Shown one piece after another: positions 41,478 through 51,696 of a DNA stretch of 64,000 bases (positions are counted from its first letter, which is position 1; each line of letters opens with the position of its first letter). The stretch comes from Phormidesmis sp. (GTDB lineage: Bacteria > Cyanobacteriota > Cyanobacteriia > Leptolyngbyales > Leptolyngbyaceae), in assembly GCA_965248535.1 (NCBI GenBank), contig CBDFJR010000005.1, positions 512,001 through 576,000 on the forward strand. The letters are read 5' to 3'. The notes below the pieces were generated by a model. That model did not search any database. It was not told where the DNA came from and was given only the letters and a program-made list of their open reading frames with translations. Both the position numbers and the translations under genes were made by a program.

Positions 41478-44108
41478 ATGCAAGAAGATGACCCGATCAA
41501 GTTACGGCAACGCAACCTCGAACTGGAAGCCTTAGTTCAATCCCTGAGGGCCCAGTTGTTGCACGATCGGAGGAGCGATCGCTTCCCGTTGAGCGATGCT
41601 GACAGAGAGGGAACGCCAAGTCAGGCAGTAGCGCCAACCCCTCGCGATCGCACCCCGCTAGAAGCCCCGTCGCAGCAGACCGACCCCAGGGCTGAACTCG
41701 CCATCACACAGCGCACTCAGGCAGAAGATGAGCTGAGAGAAAGCGAAGAGAGATTTCGGCAACTGGCGGAAAATATTCAGCAAATCTTTTGGATGTATGA
41801 CCTAGAGGCGCAGAAGCTGATCTACATCAGTCCGGTTTGTCAGCAAGTTTTGGGCTACGACCCCGATCGCTCTGATCACCAATCCCTAGAGTTTTGGTGG
41901 CGGCACATTCACCCTCAAGACCTACCCGCCGTGATCAAAGCCAGCCGTGCCGCAGGGCGTGGCAACCCGGCTGAGGTGACCTATCGCTTTAAAAAAGCCG
42001 ATCGCTCAGAGCGCTGGCTGCTAGCGCGGGCGTTCCCCATTCGCAATCAGCAGGGCAACGTCTATCGCATTGCCGGAATCGCCGAAGACATCACCACCCG
42101 CAAAGAGCAAGAGCAGAGACTTCGCCTTTTAGAATCGGTGATTGTCAATGCCAACGATGCCGTTGTGATCACCGAGGCAGAACCCGTCGAGCTACCTGGG
42201 CCGCGCATTATCTATGTCAATCAAGCCTTTACTCGCATGATGGGCTACGAGCGAGACGAAGTAGTGGGCAAAACTCCCCGCATCTTGCAAGGGCCTAAAA
42301 CGGATCTGAAGATTCTCAAAGATATTCGCACCGCGCTTAAAAACTGGGAGCCAAACCTGGTCGAGATTGTCAACTATCACAAAGACGGCTCAGAAGTCTG
42401 GGTTGAGTTGAGCATGTTTCCGGTGACTGACCAAACGGGGCACTACACCTATTGGGTGGGGTTGCAGCGAGATATCACCCAGCGCAAGCAAACTGAGGAG
42501 GCGTTGCAGCGCCAAAACTGGCGATCGCAGCTATTTGCCGACATCACCTTAAAGATTCGGCAATCATTGCATCTCGAAGAAATTTTGCAAACCACCGTCA
42601 CCGAAGTCAGAACGCTGCTCAAGACCGATCGAGTCCTGATTTATCGGCTTTTACCAGGTCAGACAGGCACGGTGTGCAACGAGGCGGTCGGCAACGACTG
42701 GAGTTCACTGCTGCACAAAACCTACTCAAATCCTGTCTTCTTGGCGGACAACCCCAGGGAGACTATTGAGGAAGATGAGCAATCTCAGGATCAGTTTTGG
42801 CGAGACATCGGCGTGAAGGCTAGGTTAGCCGTGCCGATCGTGCAGCAAGCCTCTGTCTGGGGATGGCTGATTGCCCATCAATGCGACCAACCGCGCCAAT
42901 GGTCAAACTTTGAAACCGAGCTTTTGCAGCAACTCGCCAACCAAGTCGAAATCGCCCTCACCCAAAGTCAACTTTTGCAAGCGCTGCGCGAAAGCAAAGA
43001 ACGCTTCCGCACTCTGGCTAACAGCGCTCCGGTGCTGCTCTGGATGATTGACACGACAGGCAGCTATATTTTCTGCAATCAAAGCTTGCTCGACTTTACG
43101 GGGCGCACCCTCGACCAAGAGCTTGGGTCGGGCTGGCTTGACACGGTGCATCCCACCGATCGCGCTGCCTGCACCAACATCTATCGACAAGCCCTCAACA
43201 GCCGCAGCAGCTTTGAGATTGAATATCGCCTGCGGCGTGCCGATGGTCATTATCGCTGGGTGCTCGATCGGGGCGTGCCGCGTCTGATGCCCGACGGCAG
43301 CTTTAATGGCCACATTGGCTCGTGTATGGACATCACCGATCGCAAACAAGCCGAGGTCGAGATTCGCAAAGCTCTCGACAAAGAGCGCGAACTCAGTGAA
43401 CTAAAATCGCGGTTTGTCTCAACCGCCTCTCACGAATTCCGCACCCCGTTGAGCACGATTCTCTCCTCGGCCGACTTGCTCGAATTTTACGCAGGCGGCT
43501 GGACGGCCGAAAAACAGATCGAACACATTCAGCGCATTCAAAACGCAGCGCTGAATATGAACAATCTGCTCAGTGACATTCTGGTGATCGAGCGGGCCGA
43601 AGCCCAAAAACTGAAGTTTGAGCCAGCCCCAATCGACTTGCCAGCGTTTTGTCACAGCCTGATCGATGAAATGCGGCGCAACGACCAAGATCTGCATCCG
43701 CTTGTCTTGCAGATCAATGGGTTTGAAGACCCACACCCGCTAACCGCCCAGATGGATGAAAAGCTTTTGCGGCAGATTTTTAGCAATCTGCTCTCAAACG
43801 CGCTCAAATATTCCCCGGTGGGTTCTTCGGTCTATTGTGGGCTGATGCGCGAAAATCACCTCGTCACGCTTGAAGTTCAAGACGAAGGCATTGGCATTCC
43901 CAGGGAAGATCAGTCGAGGCTTTTTGAGCCATTTCACCGAGGCACTAACGTCGGCACTGTCTCAGGCAACGGGCTGGGGTTAGCGATCGTTAAACAATCG
44001 CTCAACATTCACGGCGGTCAGATCTCAGTCACCAGCGATGAAGGCAAAGGCACGACTGTTCGGGTCACTCTGCCGCTCTACTCGTCGGTCGGCGAGTCAG
44101 ACGATTAG
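41478..44108 (+). CDS. Soluble multi-sensor histidine kinase (PAS-PAS[LOV-like]-GAF-PAS-HisKA-HATPase)
   Basis: Three PAS/PAC ending in DIT; GAF LEEILQTTV..DRVLIYR..LIAHQC; SHEFRTPL; NLLSNALKY; GNGLGL. Confidence 0.93.
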   Translation: MQEDDPIKLRQRNLELEALVQSLRAQLLHDRRSDRFPLSDADREGTPSQAVAPTPRDRTPLEAPSQQTDPRAELAITQRTQAEDELRESEERFRQLAENIQQIFWMYDLEAQKLIYISPVCQQVLGYDPDRSDHQSLEFWWRHIHPQDLPAVIKASRAAGRGNPAEVTYRFKKADRSERWLLARAFPIRNQQGNVYRIAGIAEDITTRKEQEQRLRLLESVIVNANDAVVITEAEPVELPGPRIIYVNQAFTRMMGYERDEVVGKTPRILQGPKTDLKILKDIRTALKNWEPNLVEIVNYHKDGSEVWVELSMFPVTDQTGHYTYWVGLQRDITQRKQTEEALQRQNWRSQLFADITLKIRQSLHLEEILQTTVTEVRTLLKTDRVLIYRLLPGQTGTVCNEAVGNDWSSLLHKTYSNPVFLADNPRETIEEDEQSQDQFWRDIGVKARLAVPIVQQASVWGWLIAHQCDQPRQWSNFETELLQQLANQVEIALTQSQLLQALRESKERFRTLANSAPVLLWMIDTTGSYIFCNQSLLDFTGRTLDQELGSGWLDTVHPTDRAACTNIYRQALNSRSSFEIEYRLRRADGHYRWVLDRGVPRLMPDGSFNGHIGSCMDITDRKQAEVEIRKALDKERELSELKSRFVSTASHEFRTPLSTILSSADLLEFYAGGWTAEKQIEHIQRIQNAALNMNNLLSDILVIERAEAQKLKFEPAPIDLPAFCHSLIDEMRRNDQDLHPLVLQINGFEDPHPLTAQMDEKLLRQIFSNLLSNALKYSPVGSSVYCGLMRENHLVTLEVQDEGIGIPREDQSRLFEPFHRGTNVGTVSGNGLGLAIVKQSLNIHGGQISVTSDEGKGTTVRVTLPLYSSVGESDD

Positions 44109-44292
44109 GCGTTCTTCGGCGCGGCACAACAGCGATCGCCGCCTTTGACTTTGCGGCAGACTCTGAAGACCGATCAACCATTTTTGCAGCCAGATCCGGC
44201 ATTTCCTGCCAGCAGTGCGAACAAAACCAATAGATTTCTCCATGCCGAATATGACGGAGCAGTTTCTCAGCACAACAAGGGCATTTAGGCAT
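44065..44292 (-). CDS. Small zinc-ribbon protein
   Basis: MPKCPCCAEKLLRHIRHGEIYWFCSHCWQEMPDL; CxxC...CxxC. Confidence 0.75.
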   Translation of the reverse strand: MPKCPCCAEKLLRHIRHGEIYWFCSHCWQEMPDLAAKMVDRSSESAAKSKAAIAVVPRRRTPNRLTRRPTSRAAE

Positions 44293-44581
44293 GACCAGCA
44301 ACTCACTCTTCATTAAAAAACGCAAAAAATTACAATAAAACCAGCCCCCCACTAACAGTAGATCCGCAGGGGATCAGGATCATCAGCAGGTTTACCCATC
44401 TTCCAGCGTGTTTTCCCTATTTTTTGGATTAAGTTTGGTTACGGTCTTGCTAGAAGCCAAACGCCAAACAGATTATGGTTGGATTAAGAAATAGAGAACA
44501 TTCAAAACGCCTTCGAGCAACCCTCAAAAAATGATCGGTTGCTCTCTATATTTGTTTGCCCAACTTAACTTGAAATCATTG

Positions 44582-45061
44582 ATGGAGTCCTATTCAATTT
44601 CCCCTAATAACTGGGTTGAAATTATCTTGCGATTGAGTTTGGCGATGGCGACGGGGGGCGCGATCGGGTGGAACCGTCAACGCCGACATAAATCGGCCGG
44701 GCTGAGAACTCATATGCTAGTCAGCCTCGGAGCCGCGCTGTTTGTTTTGATTCCCCTCCAGAGCAGTGCTCACCCAGGCGATGCAGTCAGTCGAGCGATT
44801 CAAGGGGTCGCCACCGGAGTCGGCTTTTTAGGAGCCGGAGAAATCTTGCACGGGTCGCGTCCCAATTCTGCCCGGCCTCACGTCACCGGGCTGACTTCTG
44901 CCGCCTCTATTTGGGTCACTGCCGCGTTGGGCATTATTTCTGGCTGCGGCTGGTGGCAACTCGCCCTCTCAGGAACCCTAATGACATTGGTGACGCTCGG
45001 ATTGGTGAAAATGGTAGAGAAGCATTCTCTCATTTACAAAAGTGAGGATGATGAAGATTGA
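44582..45061 (+). CDS. MgtC/SapB family membrane protein
   Basis: AGLRTHMLVSLG, GVGFLGAG, GLTSAASIW. Confidence 0.92.
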   Translation: MESYSISPNNWVEIILRLSLAMATGGAIGWNRQRRHKSAGLRTHMLVSLGAALFVLIPLQSSAHPGDAVSRAIQGVATGVGFLGAGEILHGSRPNSARPHVTGLTSAASIWVTAALGIISGCGWWQLALSGTLMTLVTLGLVKMVEKHSLIYKSEDDED

Positions 45062-45196
45062 ACCCCCATAATGACCCCTCGCTAATCTCGAATCATGGCG
45101 TATGATTGACGTGAAAAATTCTCCCCGCCTGAGTCTGACGATTAGGAGCAGATTTGGAGAAGAGAGGACATTCCCCTGGGTAATAGAAGGCTGAAG

Positions 45197-46867
45197 ATGG
45201 GTCAAGAAATTTCTGCGAGTCGCCGATTTGGGATGGAAAACCCTCACTTTGAAGCCTGGGTTGATCGCGGCTGGCTTTTAGGGCTATGGGTGGCTGCGAT
45301 CGTGCTACTGAGTGTCAATCTGGGAGACCTGCCCCTCAGAGATTGGGACGAAGGCATCGTTGCTCAAATCGCTCGTGAAATGTGGCGATCGCCCTTTGCC
45401 TCTGCAACCTGGCTCTACCCCAAAGAGTTGACCGGAGCGCCCTATTTTAACAAACCGCCCCTGATGCACTGGCTGGTGGCGTTGACCTACTCGATCGGGG
45501 GCGTGAGCGAACTGACGACTCGCTTGCCCGGCGCGATGCTGACGGCGGTTTCAGTGCCCTTGATGTATTGGCTCGGCAGAGAAGTTTTCTTTCAGCGCAC
45601 GGCGGCGATTTTTGCGGCGTTGGTCTACCTGACGTGGCTGCCCGTTGCCCGACAGGGGCGGCTGGCCATGCTAGACGGAGCCGTGCTGTGTTTTTTGCTG
45701 CTGATGATGGCTTGTTTGCTGCGATCGCGGCGAGATTTGCGCTGGGGGCTAGGGGTGGGGGTCGGAGTTGGGCTAATCTGTCTCACCAAAGGCATTTTGG
45801 GCGTGTTGCTGGCGGCGATCGCCGCCCTATTTCTGATCTGGGATACCCCTCGTCTGTTGACTAGTCGCTATCTCTGGCTCGGCATCGCGATCGGAGCCGT
45901 TCCCGTCGGGCTATGGTATGGCGCTCAGTGGTCGCACTATCACCAACAATTCGTGAATGCCCATTTGCTCAATCAATCTCTGGTGCGGGTTTGGGGAACG
46001 GTCGGCAACAACGACGGACCCGTTTGGTATTATCTGTGGGAAATTGTGAAATATGGCTTTCCGTGGCTCCTGTTTCTGCCCCACGGGTTGCGCCTCGCCT
46101 GGGATAATCAGGGCTTAAGCTGGGCGCGGCTGGCGATCGTCTGGAGTGGGGTTTATTTGCTCGTCATTTCAGCTATGCAGACAAAGCTGCCCTGGTATGC
46201 CCTGCCCATTTATCCAGCGTTGTCGCTGATGGTAGGTGCCCAACTTAGCCGGATGTGGAACCCTTGGAGGATGGGAATTCGGCAGGCGCGCCCGATCGCT
46301 CAGGCTCATCTCTGGGGGGCGGTGTTTGCGATGTTTGCGGTTGTGGCTTGGGGCTTAAGTGCCTACTTCACTGTTTTGGCCCCGCAGTCAGATCTTCAGC
46401 TTGTTGCCTCAACTCTAGCCTTTACACTCACCGTCACCGCGATTTTAATTTTTCGGCAAGACCTTCAGTTTATCTCGGTGCTGATTTGGGGCACTTACCT
46501 GACTTTGGTGGTGCTGATGCTGTCTAATCAATGGGTCTGGGAGTTGTCAGAAGCCTACCCGGTTAAACCTGTGGCAGAAATGATTCAGCGCCACACGCCT
46601 AGGGGTCAGGTGGTTTACACGTCTTATCCCTACTACCGCCCCTCGCTGAATTTCTATAGCGATCGCTCCGTCGTTCCGGCGGCTGACGAAGAGTTGCAGC
46701 AGCGATGGAAGACTGACCTCCACCCTTACCAGCTATTGAAAGTCTCAGCCCAAGGCTATCTGCCGCCTAAACAGACTCAAGTGCTAGCGATGAAAGATGG
46801 ATGGATTTTGGTGACTCGCAGCCCGCGATCGCGATCTAAACCCTTGGTGAGCGCCAGTCGCCGTTGA
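45197..46867 (+). CDS. ArnT/PMT-like (GT-C) glycosyltransferase
   Basis: LRDWDEGIVAQ, YFNKPPL, RLAMLD, LTKG, TKLPWY. Confidence 0.88.
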   Translation: MGQEISASRRFGMENPHFEAWVDRGWLLGLWVAAIVLLSVNLGDLPLRDWDEGIVAQIAREMWRSPFASATWLYPKELTGAPYFNKPPLMHWLVALTYSIGGVSELTTRLPGAMLTAVSVPLMYWLGREVFFQRTAAIFAALVYLTWLPVARQGRLAMLDGAVLCFLLLMMACLLRSRRDLRWGLGVGVGVGLICLTKGILGVLLAAIAALFLIWDTPRLLTSRYLWLGIAIGAVPVGLWYGAQWSHYHQQFVNAHLLNQSLVRVWGTVGNNDGPVWYYLWEIVKYGFPWLLFLPHGLRLAWDNQGLSWARLAIVWSGVYLLVISAMQTKLPWYALPIYPALSLMVGAQLSRMWNPWRMGIRQARPIAQAHLWGAVFAMFAVVAWGLSAYFTVLAPQSDLQLVASTLAFTLTVTAILIFRQDLQFISVLIWGTYLTLVVLMLSNQWVWELSEAYPVKPVAEMIQRHTPRGQVVYTSYPYYRPSLNFYSDRSVVPAADEELQQRWKTDLHPYQLLKVSAQGYLPPKQTQVLAMKDGWILVTRSPRSRSKPLVSASRR

Positions 46868-46882
46868 GAACCTAGAGACTTT

Positions 46883-47362
46883 TCATCCTTTAAGGGAGGC
46901 CCGATCGCTGCCATCGGGAGGTTTGCGAAAAGCGGCAATCAGCAGACAAAAAATGCCGACGTTGATAAAGGCATCGGCGAGATTAAACACCGGAAAGTTG
47001 ATCAGCCGAAAGTCTAAAAAATCGACCACATGACCGAGCACAAAGCGATCGATGCCGTTTCCCAAGGCCCCGCTCAAAATAAAGCCATAGCCCAACTGCT
47101 CCCACCGCTCAAACCGCGGCCCAAACCAGGCTAGGGCCATCAATCCGAGGCTCACGGCTAGCGACAGCCAGCGCAGCCAGACACTGCCCTGAAAGAGGCT
47201 AAAGGCGGCTCCTTTATTTACCACATAGGTAATATGAAAGACACCGGGCAGCAACGCAATGGATTGAGAGAGCACCATTGTCTTGACTACCCAAAGTTTG
47301 GTCAGGCGATCGAGCATCAGACCTACGATCGCAGCCAGCCAGAAAAAACGGTTTTTGAACAT
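46883..47362 (-). CDS. lspA: Lipoprotein signal peptidase II
   Basis: NKGAAFS, GALGNGIDR, VVDFLD, FNLAD. Confidence 0.96.
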   Translation of the reverse strand: MFKNRFFWLAAIVGLMLDRLTKLWVVKTMVLSQSIALLPGVFHITYVVNKGAAFSLFQGSVWLRWLSLAVSLGLMALAWFGPRFERWEQLGYGFILSGALGNGIDRFVLGHVVDFLDFRLINFPVFNLADAFINVGIFCLLIAAFRKPPDGSDRASLKG

Positions 47363-47381
47363 TCAGCAGAGGGATCGAGGA

Positions 47382-47966
47382 TTAATAAAACATTAAACGA
47401 CGCATCGCAAACGCCAGCACTGTGACCGCACACACGACCGCAAACTGTCCGGGTAGAGGCGTGAGAGAATAGGTTCTTAAAGCATCCCACAGAGATAGAG
47501 CCTCTGCGTTAGACCACTTCAACCCATAGGACAAAAATAAGTAAACAATTCCCGTTAGATGAATGACCAGCAAACCGCAAAAACAGCTAAAGGCCAGAGA
47601 TTCAGGACGGGAAGGCGTTTTGAAGGCGAGATAGCCACACAGCCAGGCACCCGGAATGAAGCCCAACAAATAGCCAAAACTAGGCCTACTAAAATAGTGA
47701 ATGCCGCCGCCGTCATTAAAGATTTCAAACCCGGCTAACCCCAATAGCAAATAGGCGATTTGGGAAATCACCGCCGCGTTTTTTCCGCCCAGACAGCCGA
47801 CTAGCAGCACGGCTCCGATCTGATAACTCACGCCCAAAAAGTGTAGCGGAATGGTCTGGGGTGTCCAACTCCACGGCACATCGGTGATCGAGGCTTTGAG
47901 CAGGGTGCCCCCGATCGTCAGCAATAGCCCAGTCAGCGCCCACAGCATATCTGTGATCGTGATCAT
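47382..47966 (-). CDS. bioY: Biotin transporter BioY
   Basis: SYQIGAVLL, QIAYLLLGLAG..IF..GGG, PSFGYLLGF; adjacent to bioB and lspA. Confidence 0.9.
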   Translation of the reverse strand: MITITDMLWALTGLLLTIGGTLLKASITDVPWSWTPQTIPLHFLGVSYQIGAVLLVGCLGGKNAAVISQIAYLLLGLAGFEIFNDGGGIHYFSRPSFGYLLGFIPGAWLCGYLAFKTPSRPESLAFSCFCGLLVIHLTGIVYLFLSYGLKWSNAEALSLWDALRTYSLTPLPGQFAVVCAVTVLAFAMRRLMFY

Positions 47967-48123
47967 GTAAATCGGGCAGATCTGGGAAGTCGGGGCGAAG
48001 GAGTTGACCGAGGCATAGTGATTGAAATTGTATCACTGGGTCAGAGATCAGAATTTTTGCATTCTCTAGATGCTGACGGGCTGCTAATCTGAATAGCTAG
48101 GAGTTTTGAATCTTCTCTGACGG

Positions 48124-49074
48124 TTGAATGCTATGTTGACTTCCCCGATCGCTGCCATCGCCAAAATTTATCATCAGCCTTTGCCCGATCTGCTGTTTGA
48201 GGCGCAGCGAGTGCATCGATCGCATCACGACCCGCGTGCAGTTCAGATGTGCACCCTGAGCAGCATTAAAACGGGCGCTTGCCCCGAAGATTGCGGCTAC
48301 TGTTCTCAGAGCGTGCATCACCAAACAGATTTAAAACCTGAACCTCTGATGGATCTTGAAGGAGTCGTGGCGGAAGCCAAGGTCGCCAAAGCTGCCGGAT
48401 CGACGCGCTTTTGCATGGGGGCCGCTTGGCGAGAAGTGCGAGATGGGGCGCAGTTCGATCGGGTGCTCGATATGGTGCGTCAGGTTGCCGCGCTCGATCT
48501 CGAAGTCTGCTGCACCTTGGGAATGCTCAAACCCCACCAGGCTCAACAACTCAAAGCAGCGGGGCTGACGGCCTACAATCACAATCTCGACACGTCACCC
48601 AGCTATTATGAGAAAATTATTACGACTCGCACCTATCAAGACCGATTAGAAACTATTCGTGCTGTGAGCGAAGCCGGAATCTCGGTCTGCTGTGGCGGCA
48701 TTGTCGGACTGGGTGAATCAGTTCAAGATCGCTTAGATCTGCTCGAAGCGCTATCAAATTTGACTCCTGCCCCCGAATCAGTGCCGATTAATTGTCTAGT
48801 GCCCGTGGCCGGAACTCCGCTAGAAGGTGCGCCTGCGATCGACCCGATCGAGCTAGTTCGCATGGTTGCCACGACTCGAATTCTGTTTCCAAAGGCGATG
48901 GTGCGACTGTCAGCCGGGCGACTAGAGATGAGCGACGAACTGCAAGCGCTGTGCTTTTTAGCAGGCGCAAATTCGATCTTTACGGGAGCGGTGCTGTTGA
49001 CCACTCCCAACCCGGAGCGATCGCAGGATGAACAATTGCTCGATCGTCTAGGAATGGTGCCCAAATCCCTTTGA
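48124..49074 (+). CDS. bioB: Biotin synthase
   Basis: CPEDCGYC radical SAM motif, YNHNLDT, PESVPIN, RLSAGR. Confidence 0.96.
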   Translation: MNAMLTSPIAAIAKIYHQPLPDLLFEAQRVHRSHHDPRAVQMCTLSSIKTGACPEDCGYCSQSVHHQTDLKPEPLMDLEGVVAEAKVAKAAGSTRFCMGAAWREVRDGAQFDRVLDMVRQVAALDLEVCCTLGMLKPHQAQQLKAAGLTAYNHNLDTSPSYYEKIITTRTYQDRLETIRAVSEAGISVCCGGIVGLGESVQDRLDLLEALSNLTPAPESVPINCLVPVAGTPLEGAPAIDPIELVRMVATTRILFPKAMVRLSAGRLEMSDELQALCFLAGANSIFTGAVLLTTPNPERSQDEQLLDRLGMVPKSL

Positions 49075-49120
49075 CTCCTCTGATAGCCTTTCTATTCGGT
49101 TCTGATTTAAGCCCCGATCG

Positions 49121-49486
49121 CTACAGAGAAGTTGACTGATTCTGCGACAGATCATCTAAATTGGTCAGAGCCGTTTTTACACAGACACGAACAGCTTTCC
49201 AATCTCGCTCTGACACCTGTCCGATTCGCACAATATTGGCAGAAGGTGGAAGCGTGACCATAAAACACCGGAAAACCGATGCAACGCGCAACCCAGATGA
49301 TGCCCAATCTTGAAGTGCGTGATCTGTAACTCCCAGCCCCTTCCTCTGAGAAGTAATCAGACCGACAATGATATCTGGACGCATGGCATGATAGGTTGCA
49401 GAAGACAACACAACAGCAGGACGACGTTTCATTCCCGTCGCACCTGGAAAATCAACCGTGACTAGATCGCCCGCCTTAACTAACAC
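49121..49486 (-). CDS. PemK/MazF family toxin
   Basis: GDLVTVDFP...KRRPAVVLS...ITS...GLRVAS. Confidence 0.85.
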   Translation of the reverse strand: MLVKAGDLVTVDFPGATGMKRRPAVVLSSATYHAMRPDIIVGLITSQRKGLGVTDHALQDWASSGLRVASVFRCFMVTLPPSANIVRIGQVSERDWKAVRVCVKTALTNLDDLSQNQSTSL

Positions 49487-49704
49487 TAACCAGTCTCCTC
49501 ATCTGGGAATAGAGACATTGCATACTGCAACGAAAAATCAACGACATCTGTTTGATCCTGTTCTGTCCAGGAGTCACTTTGGTCGATCGTCGATGAACTT
49601 TGTTGGACTAGCTCATTCAGAATCAACGTTGCCAACCGCAATCGTTCAGTAGGCGATAACGCTTGAACGATCTCGTTGTAAACGTCTTGAGCAGTAGGCG
49701 GCAT
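49486..49704 (-). CDS. Putative antitoxin
   Basis: Small protein with acidic tail (LSPTERLRLATLIL...DSWTEQD); stop overlaps the toxin start (TAGTG). Confidence 0.7.
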   Translation of the reverse strand: MPPTAQDVYNEIVQALSPTERLRLATLILNELVQQSSSTIDQSDSWTEQDQTDVVDFSLQYAMSLFPDEETG

Positions 49705-49830
49705 ATGAGGTTCTCCTAGTCGTCGTCCCACAAGCCTAGCAGGTCTCTAACTGACCTTTATTTAACGATATATCTCAAATATTGGCACAAGAATCTCGGC
49801 ATTAAGTGCCCAAATCGCTTTAATAACCTC

Positions 49831-51483
49831 TCAAGTGAGGATGACGGGCTGACGAATGGGGATTTCGATCACAAACTTGGTTCCCTGACCGGGGATAGAC
49901 TCACACCACATCTTGCCATTGTGCTTTTCTGTCACAATCTGGTGACTGATCGACAGGCCTAAGCCCGTGCCCTTGCCGATGGGTTTAGTCGTGAAAAACG
50001 GATCAAAAATGCGCGATCGCACCACTTCAGACATCCCCAAACCGTTGTCTGTGATCAGAATATGCACGAGATTATCCGCGATGACTTGGGTCGTAACCCA
50101 GATCTGACACAGCCGATCGTCTTTTTTCAGTTCTCGAACAGCTTCTTCTAGTGTGTCGATCGCATTTGCCAGCAGATTCATAAATACCTGGTTGAGTTGA
50201 CTGGGATAACACTCCACCAAAGGCAACAACCCATAATCTTTGATCACCTCGATCGCCGGAGACTCTGGATTTGCCTTGAGACGATGCTGCAAAATCAGTA
50301 GTGTGTTGTCTATGCCTTCCTGCAAGTCAACCGCTTTGAATTCAGATTCATCTAAACGAGAGAAATTACGAAGAGACAACACAATCTGCCGAATCCGATC
50401 AGTGCCGACCTTCATCGACTGAAGCAGTTTTACCAAGTCCTCATACAAAAAGTCGAGTTCTACCTCATCCAAACTTGCTTGAAGAGTTTTAGGTGGATTG
50501 GGATAATGAGTTTGATAAGCTTGCACCACTTTCAGCAAATCTTGAGCATAGCCATCAATGTGGATAAGATTGCCGTGGATGAAGTTGACCGGGTTGTTGA
50601 TCTCGTGGGCAACCCCAGCCACCAGTTGACCCAGACTTGACATTTTTTCGGTTTGCACCAGTTGCGATTGAGTGCTGTGAAGCTGATCTAGGGCGTGCTG
50701 AAGTTCTTCCGATCGCTGCTCTTTTTCAAGCAGTAGTGCTTTTACTCGTTGAATCAAATGATTCAATGTGATCGCTAAGATGCCTATTTCATCGTCAGTC
50801 GTGACCGGAGCTTGCAGATCAAAGTTAGAGGTTTCGGTGACGCGTTGCGCGACTTTTGTGACGGACTGTAGAGGTCTTGCAATACTGTTCGCAATTCGCC
50901 AGCCGATGACCAGTGCCAAAGCAATGCAGCCTAGGCTAGTGATGCCAATCACGATCAGAGTGGGTCTAGCTTGAGCGATCGTTTGCTCATATAACGATGA
51001 ATATTCTAAGATGATCGCGCCGACGATCGTGTTTTGATTAGTTCTCAGAGGAATGACGATCAGCTTAACCCCTTGGGGATAATCGACGTTTTTTTCTAGA
51101 AACGTTCTAGAATTGCCATCTTGCATCGTCTGCCGAACTTCATTGCCCTTGTCATGTTCAAACGTTGTGCCAACCCCCTCAGAAACGGTATCTGCCAAGA
51201 TTTTCTTTTCTAGATCGACCACCTCGATATCGCGCTTTTGTTGATCATGCAGAAGCTGGACATTATTTCGCAACTGGTCAGAACTTTTGAAGAGGCCCGA
51301 TTCTTGACTATATCGCAAGTCATTTAGGAGCACTGTGCTGATGACTTTGGCTACATCTTCAGCTTCTAAAATCGCTAGAGTCTCAGCAATTTTTTGGCTT
51401 TGGGCGATCGCCACAGCCCCCACAACCCCCGTTAGCAGAGAAACGCCGATAAAGCTTCCAATCAGTTTATGAGAAATCTTCAT
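49831..51483 (-). CDS. Membrane sensor histidine kinase (periplasmic Cache-like, HAMP, NtrB-type HisKA)
   Basis: Two TM segments; [49 protein letters not shown]. Confidence 0.93.
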   Translation of the reverse strand: MKISHKLIGSFIGVSLLTGVVGAVAIAQSQKIAETLAILEAEDVAKVISTVLLNDLRYSQESGLFKSSDQLRNNVQLLHDQQKRDIEVVDLEKKILADTVSEGVGTTFEHDKGNEVRQTMQDGNSRTFLEKNVDYPQGVKLIVIPLRTNQNTIVGAIILEYSSLYEQTIAQARPTLIVIGITSLGCIALALVIGWRIANSIARPLQSVTKVAQRVTETSNFDLQAPVTTDDEIGILAITLNHLIQRVKALLLEKEQRSEELQHALDQLHSTQSQLVQTEKMSSLGQLVAGVAHEINNPVNFIHGNLIHIDGYAQDLLKVVQAYQTHYPNPPKTLQASLDEVELDFLYEDLVKLLQSMKVGTDRIRQIVLSLRNFSRLDESEFKAVDLQEGIDNTLLILQHRLKANPESPAIEVIKDYGLLPLVECYPSQLNQVFMNLLANAIDTLEEAVRELKKDDRLCQIWVTTQVIADNLVHILITDNGLGMSEVVRSRIFDPFFTTKPIGKGTGLGLSISHQIVTEKHNGKMWCESIPGQGTKFVIEIPIRQPVILT

Positions 51484-51558
51484 AGAGACAGCAATGCCAA
51501 GCGTTCTGAAAAACTGGCTCCTGTAAAGGCTTAGACAGAGCCGCCTTGGGACACACTT

Positions 51559-51567
51559 AGAGTTCCC
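51559..51567 (-). promoter_or_regulatory. SigJ/SigF-like extended -10 box GGGAACTCT upstream of the sensor kinase
   Basis: About 75 nt upstream of the ATG at 51483, same strand. Confidence 0.4.
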
Positions 51568-51696
51568 AATTATTTCAAATAAACGGGTGTCACTCTTTCT
51601 AAAAAAGCTGGGGTCTAATCATCAGTTCTCTAATTGAAAGGAGGTCAGATGACAAGTTTTGACCGCAACAACATCGTGAATAAAACGGGTTGTCGG

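Noticed and set aside
47967..48123. BirA operator or riboswitch between divergent bioY and bioB
   Set aside because: No convincing dyad or recognisable RNA motif found by eye
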